From Candidatus Poribacteria bacterium (GTDB taxonomy: Bacteria > Poribacteria > WGA-4E > PCPOR2b), in NCBI GenBank assembly GCA_965208675.1, contig OZ242351.1, positions 512,001 to 576,000 of the forward strand: a stretch of 64,000 nt of DNA, given 5' to 3'. Below, in pieces: positions 31,701 through 42,679 of the stretch. How positions within the stretch are numbered: position 1 is the first letter of the stretch; every line of letters starts with the position of its first letter. The position numbers were made by a program, and so were the translations under genes. The notes below the pieces were generated by a model. It saw only the letters and a list, made by a program, of their open reading frames with translations, did no database searches and was not told where the DNA came from.

Positions 31701-34270
31701 TCGCGGGAACCATCAAATTCCATTATCCCAATATTCCAATTGCCATTACGCTTGGTTTGGAATGCTATTTGGCTTGTGTCCGGCGCCCATGTCGGGTATA
31801 CATCTTGATGCGTGTTACGGGTCAATTGAACAGCTTGCAACTCGGCGCCTGAGAAGACTGCTGAAGCATTGCGCGCAACCCAAATCTCAAAATCCCCGTC
31901 TACGTCCGCCGCAAATGCGATTTGTTCACCTCTAGGCGACCAGGCTGGTGTGACTAACCCGGTCCCAAGGCTCGGATGCGAAGACCGTTCCCTTGTTGTG
32001 GCAGACGAAAGGCCAGGTTGTAGGTCATCAGCTCGAATCAGCAAACGATGATCGCCCCCATCCAATCGTATCGTCCAGATTTCCCAATTCCCTCGGCTGC
32101 CAGTGTTCATATGTGTTTCGCTAACGCCGATTTCGACGGCGTGCCGTGATTGAAAAATCAACCGTTCTGAATCGGGGTGCCACGCGGGATTCAGATCGAT
32201 TGCTAAGTCGCGAGTCAGACGCCGCCGCGAGTTGTCCGTGAGACTGAGCAATCAAATGTCCGCTGCTCCTCCCTCGTTACTGGCGAAAGCAATCCTCTTT
32301 CCATCGGGCGACCAGGCCGGTGTCCGAAAAGAAACCTCCGCGTTGAAATCGATTAATGGAATGGTGTTGCCGCTACCTGCTACGGGCAACGGCGGCGTAT
32401 TATCAATGATGAGTGGGACAGTCGTCTTTGCACGATTGCCTGCCGCGTCGACCGCCGTAAGCGCAACGGTATAAACGCCATTGAGGTTTGAAGTGTCCCA
32501 ATCGGCTAACCGCTCTCGCTCAAATTGGGTACGAATAGGGTGGCGCAGTTGCGTCCAAGTCTGCGGTGAAGTCGTTTTCCCAAACCGAAGGCGGCATTCT
32601 AACAGATTGGAATCTACACAGGAAGCAATCACGGGGATGGACCGTGTGACCACCGCATCGGGTTTAGGGAGGTGAATTTTCACAAGCGGGGGATTTCGAT
32701 CGACAAACACCGGAAGCGAAGGCTCAGACAATTCGCTCCGATTTCCGACTGAGTCGGAAGCCTGAATCGCAGCACGATACCAAATGTTATCATCGTTATC
32801 AAACTCAAAGATGCTTTTATTGGTCGATCCGATTTCGGTGAAATCTCCCCCGTCTTTCGAAACAAAAACGTGGTACCGAAATACAATGGCATTCTGAATG
32901 GCTAACTGTTCTAGTGATTCCCATGAAAAAGTGAGGCGCGAGTCATTATCAAACCCCGGATCAGCGTCAGTATCATGGTGGATGGGTTGGGAAGGGCGCG
33001 TCGGGGGAATGGTATCGCGACGACTATAAAAGATCGCCGAGGATATAGATTCACTCGGGGTCGTCGATAGAGAAGGCCTATATTCCCAAACTAGATGGAG
33101 TTGCTCGTTTGGTAAATGACCGGTCTTAGCGATCGATGGTTGTGTCAATTCTGCCTCGACATCGGTAAAATGTCCTGCAGCTGTCCATCCTTGCACCGTT
33201 TGGCGCGAGACACCAATCTCCCAATTGGCTGATTCCCCTACATCTTGCCAAACTAACCACGCATCATTTTGGCGTACCACAATTTGTGGTGCAATTGAAA
33301 GGGAAGAACTCGCCGTGGCTTGTTGAATTTCCGTCCATGCCTCCCCGGAATCTGCGCTCTTGGTGGAAAAGACATTTGCCGGTGCATATTCACTTGAATG
33401 ACACTCCCACGCGACGCACACATGCGATTCAAGCGCCGCAATTGATGGCCTGCGACAAATGCCACCCGAATTGAGGTGGACATCGCTGCCCGGCATCAAG
33501 CCATCCCAACGTTTAAAAAAAATGTTATGGCTTGCGTCCCGGAAATCTAGCCACGTGGCATAGACAGAATTTAAGCCGCCGGCAACGTTTGGTTCACCTG
33601 TTTCCCAATCGCCCGGTGTGATTGACTGAGGCGGTAACCACGTTCGACCACTGTCGGGGCTTAGTGTGATAAAGGCTGTTTTCCGTGCGCCTGGGGTCAA
33701 TGTACTGCTGGAATCAGGTCTGCCCGCTTGACCTTCCCACACAACAGCGATCCAATTACCAATGGTCGATATGGCGATTTTCGGTCGACGGATTGAAGCA
33801 CCATTATTCGATAGTGTCCGATGTGGAATCCAATTTCTCCCATCCCACGACGTATAGCGGCATTGAGTACCGACTGGGTTTGACTCCGACCATACGAAAT
33901 GAAGGCGCTGTTGATCGCAGGCGATTGCGGGTTGTACGGAATCTTTTCCGATGCTCGTAACTCGCTCCTCACGTTCCCACGTCACTCCGCCATCAAGGCT
34001 ATATCGAAAGAAAATTACCCACCTACCAAGTCGGTTGTCGCTCCAAGCAACAAAGATTTTACTTCCATCGGAACAAATCGCCGGATTTTTTGATATTCCA
34101 GAGCCAAGCGATAGGCGTGTGCCTGCGGTCCAGAATTCCGGGGTTGCGTAACATGGATAGATACAAGTCAATTCAAGGAGCCAACAAAATGAAATGTGCA
34201 TTAAAAACCGAGCGATTCTACGGATTGCACCGTGCGGCCCCTTCCCGTTTTCTAGTTTCGCGGTTTTCAC
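28754..34270 (-). pseudogene. Large exported multidomain protein (BNR-like propeller, FN3/Ig-like, PD40/TolB-like propeller, Ig-like repeats, FlgD-Ig/T9SS-like CTD) split by in-frame TGA at 32252-32254 (~1,838 aa if joined)
   Basis: ORFs 32252-34270 and 28754-32251 abut in frame (GGAADI*LLSL, the 'DIW' position of a PD40 repeat). SxDxGxTW boxes, PAWSPDG repeats, YPNP...IYDAAG...WN...G...ASGVY tail. Confidence 0.8.
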
Positions 34271-34273
34271 TTT

Positions 34274-34882
34274 TCACATTTGGCGGAAAAGCCCAACAAC
34301 CTTCCCTAAGACTTGAACCTCAGACACAACAATCGGATCCATATCGGGATTTTCAGGTTTCAAGCTAATTTTGTCGCCCTCATAGAAAAATCGCTTTACC
34401 GTAGCTTCATCGTCGAGCAAGGCAACTACAATGTCCCCTGGGTCTGCAACACTTTGTGATTTCACAACAACCAAATCTCCCTCCAGGATGCCGGCGTCAA
34501 TCATACTCGATCCATTTACCCGGAGGGCGAAGCAAGAATCGTCCTTAATCATATCCTTGGGAACGGGCAGACTTCCTTCTATGTTTTCAGAAGCCAAAAG
34601 AGGTACTCCAGCTGCCACACGCCCAACTATGGGAACTTCAACCGCTTGCGGTAGTCCCTTTTTTGATACATCGTCCAGGATTTCGATTGCCCGCGGTTTT
34701 CCGGTTGCGCGCTTGATGTACCCTTTCTTCTCAATAGCATTCAGATAATCGTGAGCAGCCTTTTCGGAAATTCCAAATGCTCTCCCAGTTTCGCGAACTG
34801 TCGGTGGATACCCGAAGTTCTGTAGGTGATACGAAATATATTCTAGGACTGTCTCCTGTTTTTTCGTCAACGGTTTACGCAT
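34274..34882 (-). CDS. lexA: LexA repressor
   Basis: GYPPTVRE wHTH, VAAG cleavage site, GSSM (catalytic Ser), ATVKR (catalytic Lys). GGAGG RBS. Confidence 0.96.
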   Translation of the reverse strand: MRKPLTKKQETVLEYISYHLQNFGYPPTVRETGRAFGISEKAAHDYLNAIEKKGYIKRATGKPRAIEILDDVSKKGLPQAVEVPIVGRVAAGVPLLASENIEGSLPVPKDMIKDDSCFALRVNGSSMIDAGILEGDLVVVKSQSVADPGDIVVALLDDEATVKRFFYEGDKISLKPENPDMDPIVVSEVQVLGKVVGLFRQM

Positions 34883-34913
34883 TGTACTACCTCCTGCAGA
34901 TTAGAGAATAAGT

Positions 34914-34932
34914 GGCGTATAGAGCATACGCC
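34914..34932 (-). promoter_or_regulatory. Perfect palindrome in lexA leader (candidate LexA operator)
   Basis: GGCGTAT-N5-ATACGCC, about 30 bp upstream of the ATG and downstream of a TTGACA at 34990-34995 (minus strand). Confidence 0.4.
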
Positions 34933-35266
34933 TCGAATGTTGGAAACGATTTCTAGTCACCCTTTAATTCAACTATACACAGGTTAAGATGTCAAGGAAA
35001 AACCGCATACAAGGCAGTGCGAAACGTTTAAACCCGATCAATTCGTGTGCGTCAGCCAATGGAATCGTTGAAAAAAATGGGTTGCATCGCCATTACAGAC
35101 GGCTGCAGGTAGAATTTGGCCAACCCGTAGACCTTGTGCGAATGTCCCTACATAAATTATGAAGCATTGGCATTATGATAGGACCATTGAATTTCATTGG
35201 TGAGGTGACCGAATGTCCACGTGTGAAGCCTCGCTGTTAGTACGATCCACGCAGTTCAGATATCAC

Positions 35267-38005
35267 TTATGCATGTCGGTGCTGCACGAAACTCATTGGA
35301 ATGAGAATCAATAGAGCGGGTATAATCACCCATTTCCATTCTGTAAAGAGCGGCTCTATCCCGAGGATTGGATGCGCTAAGGGGAGATAGACGATGAACA
35401 CGTGTAAACCCATACACGCCAGAATAGTAATTAACAAGGGCACATTCGCTATGATTCTTTTGAGAAGGGATTGCCAAGGATGTCGATGGCATTGAAAGGT
35501 TGCGGCAAGTTGTGTAAAGATTAATATGGAACATGCGACTGTTTGCGCCTGTACCTGTCCCGACGATTGCAAGGTCGCCACAAACCCTACAATTGTCATG
35601 AGTGCAATCCAAAGACTGCGGACCAGGATGTCAAAGCGATAGTCTCTTGAGAGGAAGGGTGAAATCCTGTGGCTTCGGTTGTGCTTCAGCTCGCCCTGTA
35701 TTCGATTTTGGCCGAGCGCAATTAGCGGAATTAAATTGACGATTAGATGGATCCAGATGATGTGATGCAGAGTAAGCGGCATTGGGAATTCGCGCCACAA
35801 CTGCAGCCCTGATCCGATTTGAAGGACGAGCCCAATCAATAGCGTGGTCATCTGTGATAGTGCACAGGTCAACAGCCATCGCATGGAATTTTTAAGGTTG
35901 CTGTGAGCTTCCCGTGCGTGAAGCAGCAGATCGCCAATGTAACGAAATCCGTCCTTGAATATCAAACAACCCGAGTTTTTTTGGATGACGGGAGACGCAC
36001 ATGAAGCGGATGCAATACTGACATCAGCGGCCTCCATTGCCCGTGTGTCAGTAGGCGCTTGTCCGCAAAAACCGACGGAATGATTGTTGTGTTTAAGTTT
36101 TTCTACTAACTTGAGTTTTTGATCTGCAGACGGGCTGCAATATACGAGTAACCGATTGGCAATCGAATCGTAATGTTCATCGCTAAATTTGTCTAGGTCT
36201 GAACGGGATACAACAGCATTTCCATCCTGGATAATACCAAATTCTCGCGCAACGTCTGTCGAATTTTCCTTGTCTTTCTCAGTTATCAGGACGACTTTAA
36301 CTCCTGCACCTAAGCAAAACTCAACGCTCTCTTTGGAACCTTCAAACTCCTGCTGGGTAAAAGCGACTAAACCCAAAAAAGTTAAGTTTCGGCCAATTTC
36401 GTCTTGCGGTGGAAGGGAATTCCGACTTCGATAGGCGACACCAAAAACTTGGGCTCTGTTATCCGACAAATATTGAGCAGCTAGACGAATCATCTGCTTT
36501 TGGTCAAAACTAATACGATCCATGGTTTCGCCGATTTGAATTCGTTGGGCGCCCTGTATTATCGCGTCGGGGTGGCCAAACATAACATTTAAAAACCTGT
36601 TTTCTTGCGTTTCCAAAACAACTGCATTAAAAGGCGGTCCTGCTGCTTCCGTTATTTCAGCGACTTTCGTTAAGGATGCGTCATAATGCTCTAAATCAAA
36701 TCCAATTTGGTCCGCTAGCTTAATCAGTGCTTCAGAAACAACATCTGCCGAAGGGTTTTGGCTGATTAACTCGCGGCTTTTTCCATGGGTCTTGCAAAGC
36801 GTCGCCAGTAAAATCAACAGTTGAAAACCTGGCGAGACTGAGGCATTTGGCGGTAGAGAACCCTCCAGAGCCTCATCAGTCTCTTGAGGAGAAGTCTCGG
36901 CATGTTTTAACCTATCCTCCCACGATTCTCTGTCGATGAGTTCTTCATCAATAAAAACACGAGACGCGGACATTTGCTCTTTCGTGAAATTACCAATTTC
37001 ATTGACGCATACGGCTGTGATGCTGCTGAGCCGCTCAAGGTTTACCGCATCGCGAATACCAATGCCCTTTTTAAACAACCTGTGAGCATTTCCTGCTAGC
37101 GTTGCCCGACACGTTGAAACAATCCCGTCAGGAATGGAAGCGATTACAAAGCCTAGTCCAAGAAAAAGTAGTGATTGCCAATTTTCCTCAAAGCTCTGGC
37201 GTTGAAAGTACCAAGTCGCCAAGACTGCAATCCCTCCTAAAATCAGACCAATAATCTTAAAACGATTATAAACCGAGTCCATCTGAATCTCTGCTTCCGA
37301 TTCCAAATTAAGCGCCGTAGGGACATTGCGATACGGCTGGTTGATTTCTAATTCTTCGCCTGTTCCGACGACAATGGCGCGCCCCTCGCCCTCTAAAACA
37401 AACGTGCCCGCAAAAACCATGTTGGCCTGTTTTTCAGGCGGTACGGTCCGATCGGGCAAGTCATCGATTGTTTTCTGCGTAGACATCGACATGCCGAATA
37501 GCGGAGTTTCATCAACAACCAGATCGTCCGCATCAACTATTCGTGCGTCAGCGGAAATGTAACTCCCTTCAGCTAGGACAAGCAAATCTCCCGGTACAAC
37601 CGATTCAGGTGTGACATTTTCAAGTCGTGCATCCCGAATGACTGAGACTGTAATTTTTAGACTGCGCTTAATTGATTGGTGATGCGAGCGGGATTTGCTA
37701 TCTTGGAAAAACCGCCAAAGCAGGTGGAGGCAGAGAACACCAAAAACAGCGATGGCCTCTAGAAGAGAGCGGTTGGGATAGATATGGATAATTCCAACGA
37801 TGACTAAGATAACAACCGTAACACTAGTCAGTTGCCGCGCGAAGAAGGAAAGGATAGGCCTTTCATGGGATGGTAGAATTGCGTTGTTGCCGTATTCAGC
37901 TCGCCGTGCACTTGCTTCATCACCGCTCAACCCACGCTCAAGATCAGTATTAAACTCATGTAGAATGTATGGAATCTTCTGGGTGTACCAATTAGATGTG
38001 TTCAT
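35267..38005 (-). CDS. P2-type (Ca2+/cation) ATPase homolog with degenerate catalytic motifs
   Basis: P2 architecture (GLS...YGNN, VPGD...ADARI, NMVFAGT...G.G.AIVVGTG, IPDG, FLGLV, C-terminal TM bundle). DKTGTLT is replaced by NEIGNFT. Confidence 0.85.
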   Translation of the reverse strand: MNTSNWYTQKIPYILHEFNTDLERGLSGDEASARRAEYGNNAILPSHERPILSFFARQLTSVTVVILVIVGIIHIYPNRSLLEAIAVFGVLCLHLLWRFFQDSKSRSHHQSIKRSLKITVSVIRDARLENVTPESVVPGDLLVLAEGSYISADARIVDADDLVVDETPLFGMSMSTQKTIDDLPDRTVPPEKQANMVFAGTFVLEGEGRAIVVGTGEELEINQPYRNVPTALNLESEAEIQMDSVYNRFKIIGLILGGIAVLATWYFQRQSFEENWQSLLFLGLGFVIASIPDGIVSTCRATLAGNAHRLFKKGIGIRDAVNLERLSSITAVCVNEIGNFTKEQMSASRVFIDEELIDRESWEDRLKHAETSPQETDEALEGSLPPNASVSPGFQLLILLATLCKTHGKSRELISQNPSADVVSEALIKLADQIGFDLEHYDASLTKVAEITEAAGPPFNAVVLETQENRFLNVMFGHPDAIIQGAQRIQIGETMDRISFDQKQMIRLAAQYLSDNRAQVFGVAYRSRNSLPPQDEIGRNLTFLGLVAFTQQEFEGSKESVEFCLGAGVKVVLITEKDKENSTDVAREFGIIQDGNAVVSRSDLDKFSDEHYDSIANRLLVYCSPSADQKLKLVEKLKHNNHSVGFCGQAPTDTRAMEAADVSIASASCASPVIQKNSGCLIFKDGFRYIGDLLLHAREAHSNLKNSMRWLLTCALSQMTTLLIGLVLQIGSGLQLWREFPMPLTLHHIIWIHLIVNLIPLIALGQNRIQGELKHNRSHRISPFLSRDYRFDILVRSLWIALMTIVGFVATLQSSGQVQAQTVACSILIFTQLAATFQCHRHPWQSLLKRIIANVPLLITILACMGLHVFIVYLPLAHPILGIEPLFTEWKWVIIPALLILIPMSFVQHRHA

Positions 38006-38159
38006 TTTTTAGAAGAGGTTCGCACGGAGCGGTATAAAGAAAAGTACACGAATACACTGCCCAAAGTCAGAAACGTCCTATATCGAAATGATACGTGAAA
38101 TAAATGGAACCAAGCGAATTACATAAATACGCATTCGCTTATAGCTTCGTCTCAATCCA

Positions 38160-39092
38160 CTATTTTCCGCGCGAATTTGTATGTTCTCCTATATGCACGG
38201 CTGCGCCGGTAGAATCAATCGATAGAATCTTTACGTTGCATGACACTCCATGCATTGCAAAAGCTTGATTCATTTGATTAGCGATTTCTTGTTCTGCCTT
38301 AATACAAAAAGCAGCAACACTTGGTCCCGCTCCGCTGAGCGCAATCCCTATTGCGCCTGCTCTCATAGCGGCTTCAGCAACATCGTCAAATCCCGGTACC
38401 AGCGATTTTCGATATGGTTGATGCAACCGGTCACGCATTGCGAGCGGCAACAATTCAAGGTTTCCAGTTGCAAATGCAGCGACGAGTAAGGAGCTGCAAC
38501 TTACGTTGTGCACAGCGTCGCAGAAATTTACAGTGTCGGGCAAAACCCCGCGTGCCCGTTCTGTCGGCATCTGGAAATCTGGTATGGCTACGGCAACGGA
38601 AAGATTCGGTTCACAATCCAATTTGATGGTGTGAACTCGCCCGTCAAGTGTAAGTGATACAACCAACCCTCCAAGTAGAGAAGCGGCAACATTATCTGGA
38701 TGCCCCTCAAGTGCAGTTGCGAAATTGAGTAGTTCGTCCGGCGAAAATGGATCGCCGCAAAGCGCGTTAGCTGTTAACAAACCTCCGAGAATAGCCGTAC
38801 CGCTGCCACCCAAGCCTCGAATTGCCGGGATGCCATTCTCAATACGCAATCTGAGCCCTTTGGGTTGGTAGCAGGATTTCTCAAAAACCACATTTGCAGC
38901 GCGATAGGCAACATTATCGACACCATTGGTAATGATTTCTGAATCAACCCCGCTTACGAGAATTTCAATGCCGGAATCAATCTCTTCTAGTTCAACCGTG
39001 CTGTAAAGTTGGAGGGCCAATCCGAGCGCATCGAAGCCAGGCCCTAAATTCGTGGTGCTTGCCGGAATCCGGGCGATTGCTTTTCGCGGCAT
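38160..39092 (-). CDS. thrB: Homoserine kinase
   Basis: PASTTNLGPGFDALG, EGHPDNVA, DRLHQPYR, LSGAGPS. Confidence 0.95.
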   Translation of the reverse strand: MPRKAIARIPASTTNLGPGFDALGLALQLYSTVELEEIDSGIEILVSGVDSEIITNGVDNVAYRAANVVFEKSCYQPKGLRLRIENGIPAIRGLGGSGTAILGGLLTANALCGDPFSPDELLNFATALEGHPDNVAASLLGGLVVSLTLDGRVHTIKLDCEPNLSVAVAIPDFQMPTERARGVLPDTVNFCDAVHNVSCSSLLVAAFATGNLELLPLAMRDRLHQPYRKSLVPGFDDVAEAAMRAGAIGIALSGAGPSVAAFCIKAEQEIANQMNQAFAMHGVSCNVKILSIDSTGAAVHIGEHTNSRGK

Positions 39093-39100
39093 AAATTTTC

Positions 39101-40270
39101 CTAGTTATTGATGCGTGAAATTGCCGCGTCCATGCGGGTTAATGCTTCGCTGATATTTTCTAAGGAATTTGCATACGACAACCTAATGTAACCGTCACCG
39201 GATTTGCCAAACCCGGTGCCAGACAATACGGCAACGCCCGCCTCTTCAAGCAGATAATCCTCCAACGCTTCGCACGACAGTGGAAGTTGCGTGACATTCG
39301 CCAAGACGTAGAATGCACCAAGCGGTGTAATACAACCGATACCATCAATGGAATTCAATCCTTCCACAATTAAATCACGCCGCTGCCTGAACTCGGTTAC
39401 CATTTGAAGGACGAAATCTTGCGGCCCCTTCAAGGCTTCAATTCCAGCTATCTGTGTGAACGAACAGGTACAGGAATTGGAGTTAATCATCAATTGTGTA
39501 ATTTTTTCCGCCATGGGTTTGGGCGAAATCCCGTATCCCAACCGCCATCCCGTCATCGCATAGGTTTTAGAATGACCTTCAATTAGAATTGTCCGCTCCT
39601 TCATACCGGGAAGGCTGATTATACTTTCATGGACACCTTCATATAAAATGCGCGAATAAACTTCATCTGTTAATACATAAAAATCGTGCTTAATCGCTAA
39701 TTCCGCGATGGCTTCGAGATCAGATTTTTCCAAAATACCGCCCGTTGGATTTTGAGGCGAATTGATGATTAGAAGCCGTGTCCGATCTGAGACTGCTGAG
39801 GCAAGATCTTCAATTCGGAAGCGGAAGTCAACGTCTTCACGCAGCGGAAGTGGAACCGGTGTACCTCCGACAAAGTTGATGACCGATTCGTAAACTGGAA
39901 AGCCGGGGTCGGGATAGATGATTTCACTTCCTGGGTCGGCGAGTGCGAAAATAGTAAAAAAGATAATGGGTTTGGCACCGGGAGTAACTGCGACTTCCTC
40001 AGGATGGACTATGACCCCTCTGGTTTCTGAGATATGCTCAGCCGCGACTTCACGAAATTCAACTAGTCCCGCGGAGGGACCGTATCCGGTGTATCCGTCC
40101 TTCATCGCCTTATACCCCGCTTCGCAGATGTTCATCGGAGTATTGAAATCCGGTTGTCCGATTTCGAGATGTATGATATTCCGGCCTTTTGCTTCTAGAT
40201 CTTTTGCTTTTGCCAGCACTTCGAAGGCGGATTCAGTTCCTAGCCGACTCATTCGCTGTGCAAATCTCAT
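39101..40270 (-). CDS. Class I/II PLP-dependent aminotransferase (aspartate aminotransferase-like)
   Basis: IGQPDF, INSPQNPTG, DEVY, SKTYAMTGWRLG, IRLSYA. Confidence 0.93.
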   Translation of the reverse strand: MRFAQRMSRLGTESAFEVLAKAKDLEAKGRNIIHLEIGQPDFNTPMNICEAGYKAMKDGYTGYGPSAGLVEFREVAAEHISETRGVIVHPEEVAVTPGAKPIIFFTIFALADPGSEIIYPDPGFPVYESVINFVGGTPVPLPLREDVDFRFRIEDLASAVSDRTRLLIINSPQNPTGGILEKSDLEAIAELAIKHDFYVLTDEVYSRILYEGVHESIISLPGMKERTILIEGHSKTYAMTGWRLGYGISPKPMAEKITQLMINSNSCTCSFTQIAGIEALKGPQDFVLQMVTEFRQRRDLIVEGLNSIDGIGCITPLGAFYVLANVTQLPLSCEALEDYLLEEAGVAVLSGTGFGKSGDGYIRLSYANSLENISEALTRMDAAISRINN

Positions 40271-40318
40271 TCAGATTACCTTTCACCTAATCCATCCAAT
40301 AAACTACGGCCTACGCGA

Positions 40319-41356
40319 TTATTCAGAATATTTCATTACGAAACCGTTGTTGCCGGTAATCCAAATATGGTTCGCATCCAGAATGAACAGGTCGTTGACC
40401 GGAACTTTACTAATGATTGTGCCTTCAATGCTCTGGTTTTCCCACGTTTTGCCGCCGTCGGTTGTATGAATGACGATGTTGATTCCCATATCGCCTCCAA
40501 CCGCCCACCCCACCTTCTTGTCGACAAACTGCACACTAGAGAGCGTTTCCTGCGTATTGCTCGATTGTATTTTCCATCTATCTCCACCATTTGTAGTGTG
40601 CAGCACGACGCCGCCTTCACCTACTGCCCATCCGGTTGACGCGTCAATGAAAAATATATCTTTGAGGGTATCTTCAACGTTAGTGGGTTGATCCGCCCAG
40701 GTTTTTCCACCGTCCGTGGTTTTCTTAACGATCCCGTTTTGAACGCCAGCTTGAGGATTCACAAAAACTCCCGCTATCCACCCGGTCGATTCGTCGATAA
40801 ATTGCACGCAGTTGAACAATCCCTCCGGTTCTTCTCCAATTCGAGTAGGGAGCACGCCGCCTTGTATGATATTCCATATTTTCCCGCCGTTCGTTGTTTG
40901 TAAGATGGTTTCTCCCATGCCCACCGCATAACCGATTTCTTTGTTTACAAAGTGAATATCATACAACCAGTTGTCGACTTTACTAGTTTGGATATCCCAT
41001 TGTTTGCCGCCGTTTGATGTGCCGACAATCATCCCATTCGCCCCAACAGCCCAACCGTGCTTCTTATCAAAGAAAAAGACATTCGAGAGAATTTGATTGA
41101 CGGCAACCTCCGCTTTCTCCCATGTTTTCCCGCCGTTCGTCGTATGACCGATATATCCCGGATTCTCCATTTCCAAAGCAGAAACCCCTGCGACCCATCC
41201 TTCTCTCGCACTCACAAATATAATCGCGTTATAATCTCGAATATCCTCATTATCCTGTTCCTGCAGGGCAAACCATAATCCGTCGCCGTAAAGCGCGGTT
41301 GTAAAGACCATGGATGCAAGTAAAAGCGTTGTCAGAAACACTGTCTTGGTGTACAT
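40319..41356 (-). CDS. YCF48/BNR-repeat beta-propeller exported protein
   Basis: Signal peptide and repeated F.D...GWAVG..G.I..T..GG..W. Confidence 0.88.
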   Translation of the reverse strand: MYTKTVFLTTLLLASMVFTTALYGDGLWFALQEQDNEDIRDYNAIIFVSAREGWVAGVSALEMENPGYIGHTTNGGKTWEKAEVAVNQILSNVFFFDKKHGWAVGANGMIVGTSNGGKQWDIQTSKVDNWLYDIHFVNKEIGYAVGMGETILQTTNGGKIWNIIQGGVLPTRIGEEPEGLFNCVQFIDESTGWIAGVFVNPQAGVQNGIVKKTTDGGKTWADQPTNVEDTLKDIFFIDASTGWAVGEGGVVLHTTNGGDRWKIQSSNTQETLSSVQFVDKKVGWAVGGDMGINIVIHTTDGGKTWENQSIEGTIISKVPVNDLFILDANHIWITGNNGFVMKYSE

Positions 41357-41387
41357 TTTTTAGTTGACTCCTTTCAAAATTTTGCGT

Positions 41388-41416
41388 AGTATAGCACTCA
41401 TTGCGGATGCTGTCAA
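41388..41416 (-). promoter_or_regulatory. Sigma70 promoter (YCF48-aminotransferase-thrB)
   Basis: TTGACA-17bp-TATACT with extended TG. Confidence 0.8.
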
Positions 41417-41680
41417 GCACAAACAAGCCTTGATTTATGTGAAGCGTATTTCACAAGGGAGCGTTGCGTAATTTTAGGCAAAACGCGAGTATTGTCAAGA
41501 AATTATCAATGTTGCGTTTTTGTTTACACTGGCTTATGCACCTCCATAATATCAGGTTTGGTTTGATGGCTGTGCTCGGCTATTCGCTTTATCGGATTTT
41601 GAGGTTTGATGTAGGGTAACCAGTGGTACGCGCGGATTATAATTGCGTGATACAATAACTGTCGTAAGGAGGCGGGTTAC

Positions 41681-42565
41681 ATGTTGAATCAAGTAGAGAT
41701 TGACTACTACCACTCAAACGGCTACATCGCAGTTGAAAATGTCCTATCGGTAGAAGAAATCGCTGACCTCCAACGTGTTACAGATGAATTTGTTGAAAAA
41801 TCGCGCGAAGTTGCTGCACATGACGATGTGTTTGATTTGGAACCGGGTCATAGTTCTCAAGCACCACGAGTTCGCCGCATCAAGAATGCAGCAATCCATC
41901 ATTCGGTATATGACCGGACGTTGCGTAACGATCGGATTCTCGACATTGTCGAACAACTTATTGGTCCTGGTGTGAGTCACAACGGCCACAAACTCAACAT
42001 GAAATACCCAAAGTTCGGGAGTCCAGTAGAGTGGCATCAGGATTGGGCGTTCTATCCACACACGAATGACCGCCTGCTAGCGGTCGGTGTAGCGATTGAC
42101 GATATGTTGTTTGAAAACGGCTGCCTGATGGTTATCCCTAAGTCACATAAGGGTCGAATTTTCAATCATCATCAGAACGGTGCCTTCGTTGGCGCAGTCA
42201 CAGATGCTAATTTTCAGCCGAATAATGCCGTTCCCATTGAAGTTAAATCCGGCGGTATATCGATTCATCATGTCCGTACACTGCACGGTTCCGCGCAAAA
42301 CGTCTCAGATAAACCTCGCCGCCTGTTACTCCTGCAGTATTGTGCCGTCGACGCTTGGCCGCTTGTCAAACCGCCAGATTGGCACAATTTTGCCTCGCTT
42401 GTTTTGCGAGGCAAAACCACAAATCAGCCGCATATGACCGCTGTACCCGTTCGGATGCCATTCCCGCAGGGGGCGCGGACCGGTACAATCTACGAAGTTC
42501 AGAGCCTGCTGGAACAGCGTATATTCCGTATGAATAAGCCTGGCGATGGAGGAGCAGCTGGTTGA
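41681..42565 (+). CDS. Phytanoyl-CoA dioxygenase (PhyH) family protein
   Basis: WHQDWAFYP (HxD), NGCLMVIPKSH, HHVRTLHGS...PRR. AAGGAGG RBS. Confidence 0.9.
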   Translation: MLNQVEIDYYHSNGYIAVENVLSVEEIADLQRVTDEFVEKSREVAAHDDVFDLEPGHSSQAPRVRRIKNAAIHHSVYDRTLRNDRILDIVEQLIGPGVSHNGHKLNMKYPKFGSPVEWHQDWAFYPHTNDRLLAVGVAIDDMLFENGCLMVIPKSHKGRIFNHHQNGAFVGAVTDANFQPNNAVPIEVKSGGISIHHVRTLHGSAQNVSDKPRRLLLLQYCAVDAWPLVKPPDWHNFASLVLRGKTTNQPHMTAVPVRMPFPQGARTGTIYEVQSLLEQRIFRMNKPGDGGAAG

Positions 42566-42679
42566 ACGGTACGCAGCGCAATTGGTGTCTGGAAAGCGGT
42601 AATTTTCAGGATTGCGCCGCTCCATAACGGCAGCGAACGCAAAATATAGCCGGTAAATGTGCTTGATTTTGATTGCGTG

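Noticed and set aside
32230-32254. Selenocysteine at the in-frame TGA
   Set aside because: The position corresponds to the Trp of a PD40 repeat, not a redox Cys, and I saw no convincing SECIS.
28754-34882. LexA fused by readthrough to the downstream protein (same frame: ATG TGA AAA GTG)
   Set aside because: LexA ends at its canonical C-terminus, the next protein has its own signal-like N-terminus, and sharing a frame has a 1-in-3 chance.
41392-41412. Second CIRCE element (TAGCACTC half-site)
   Set aside because: The second arm is missing, and the sequence is explained by the extended -10 promoter on the minus strand.
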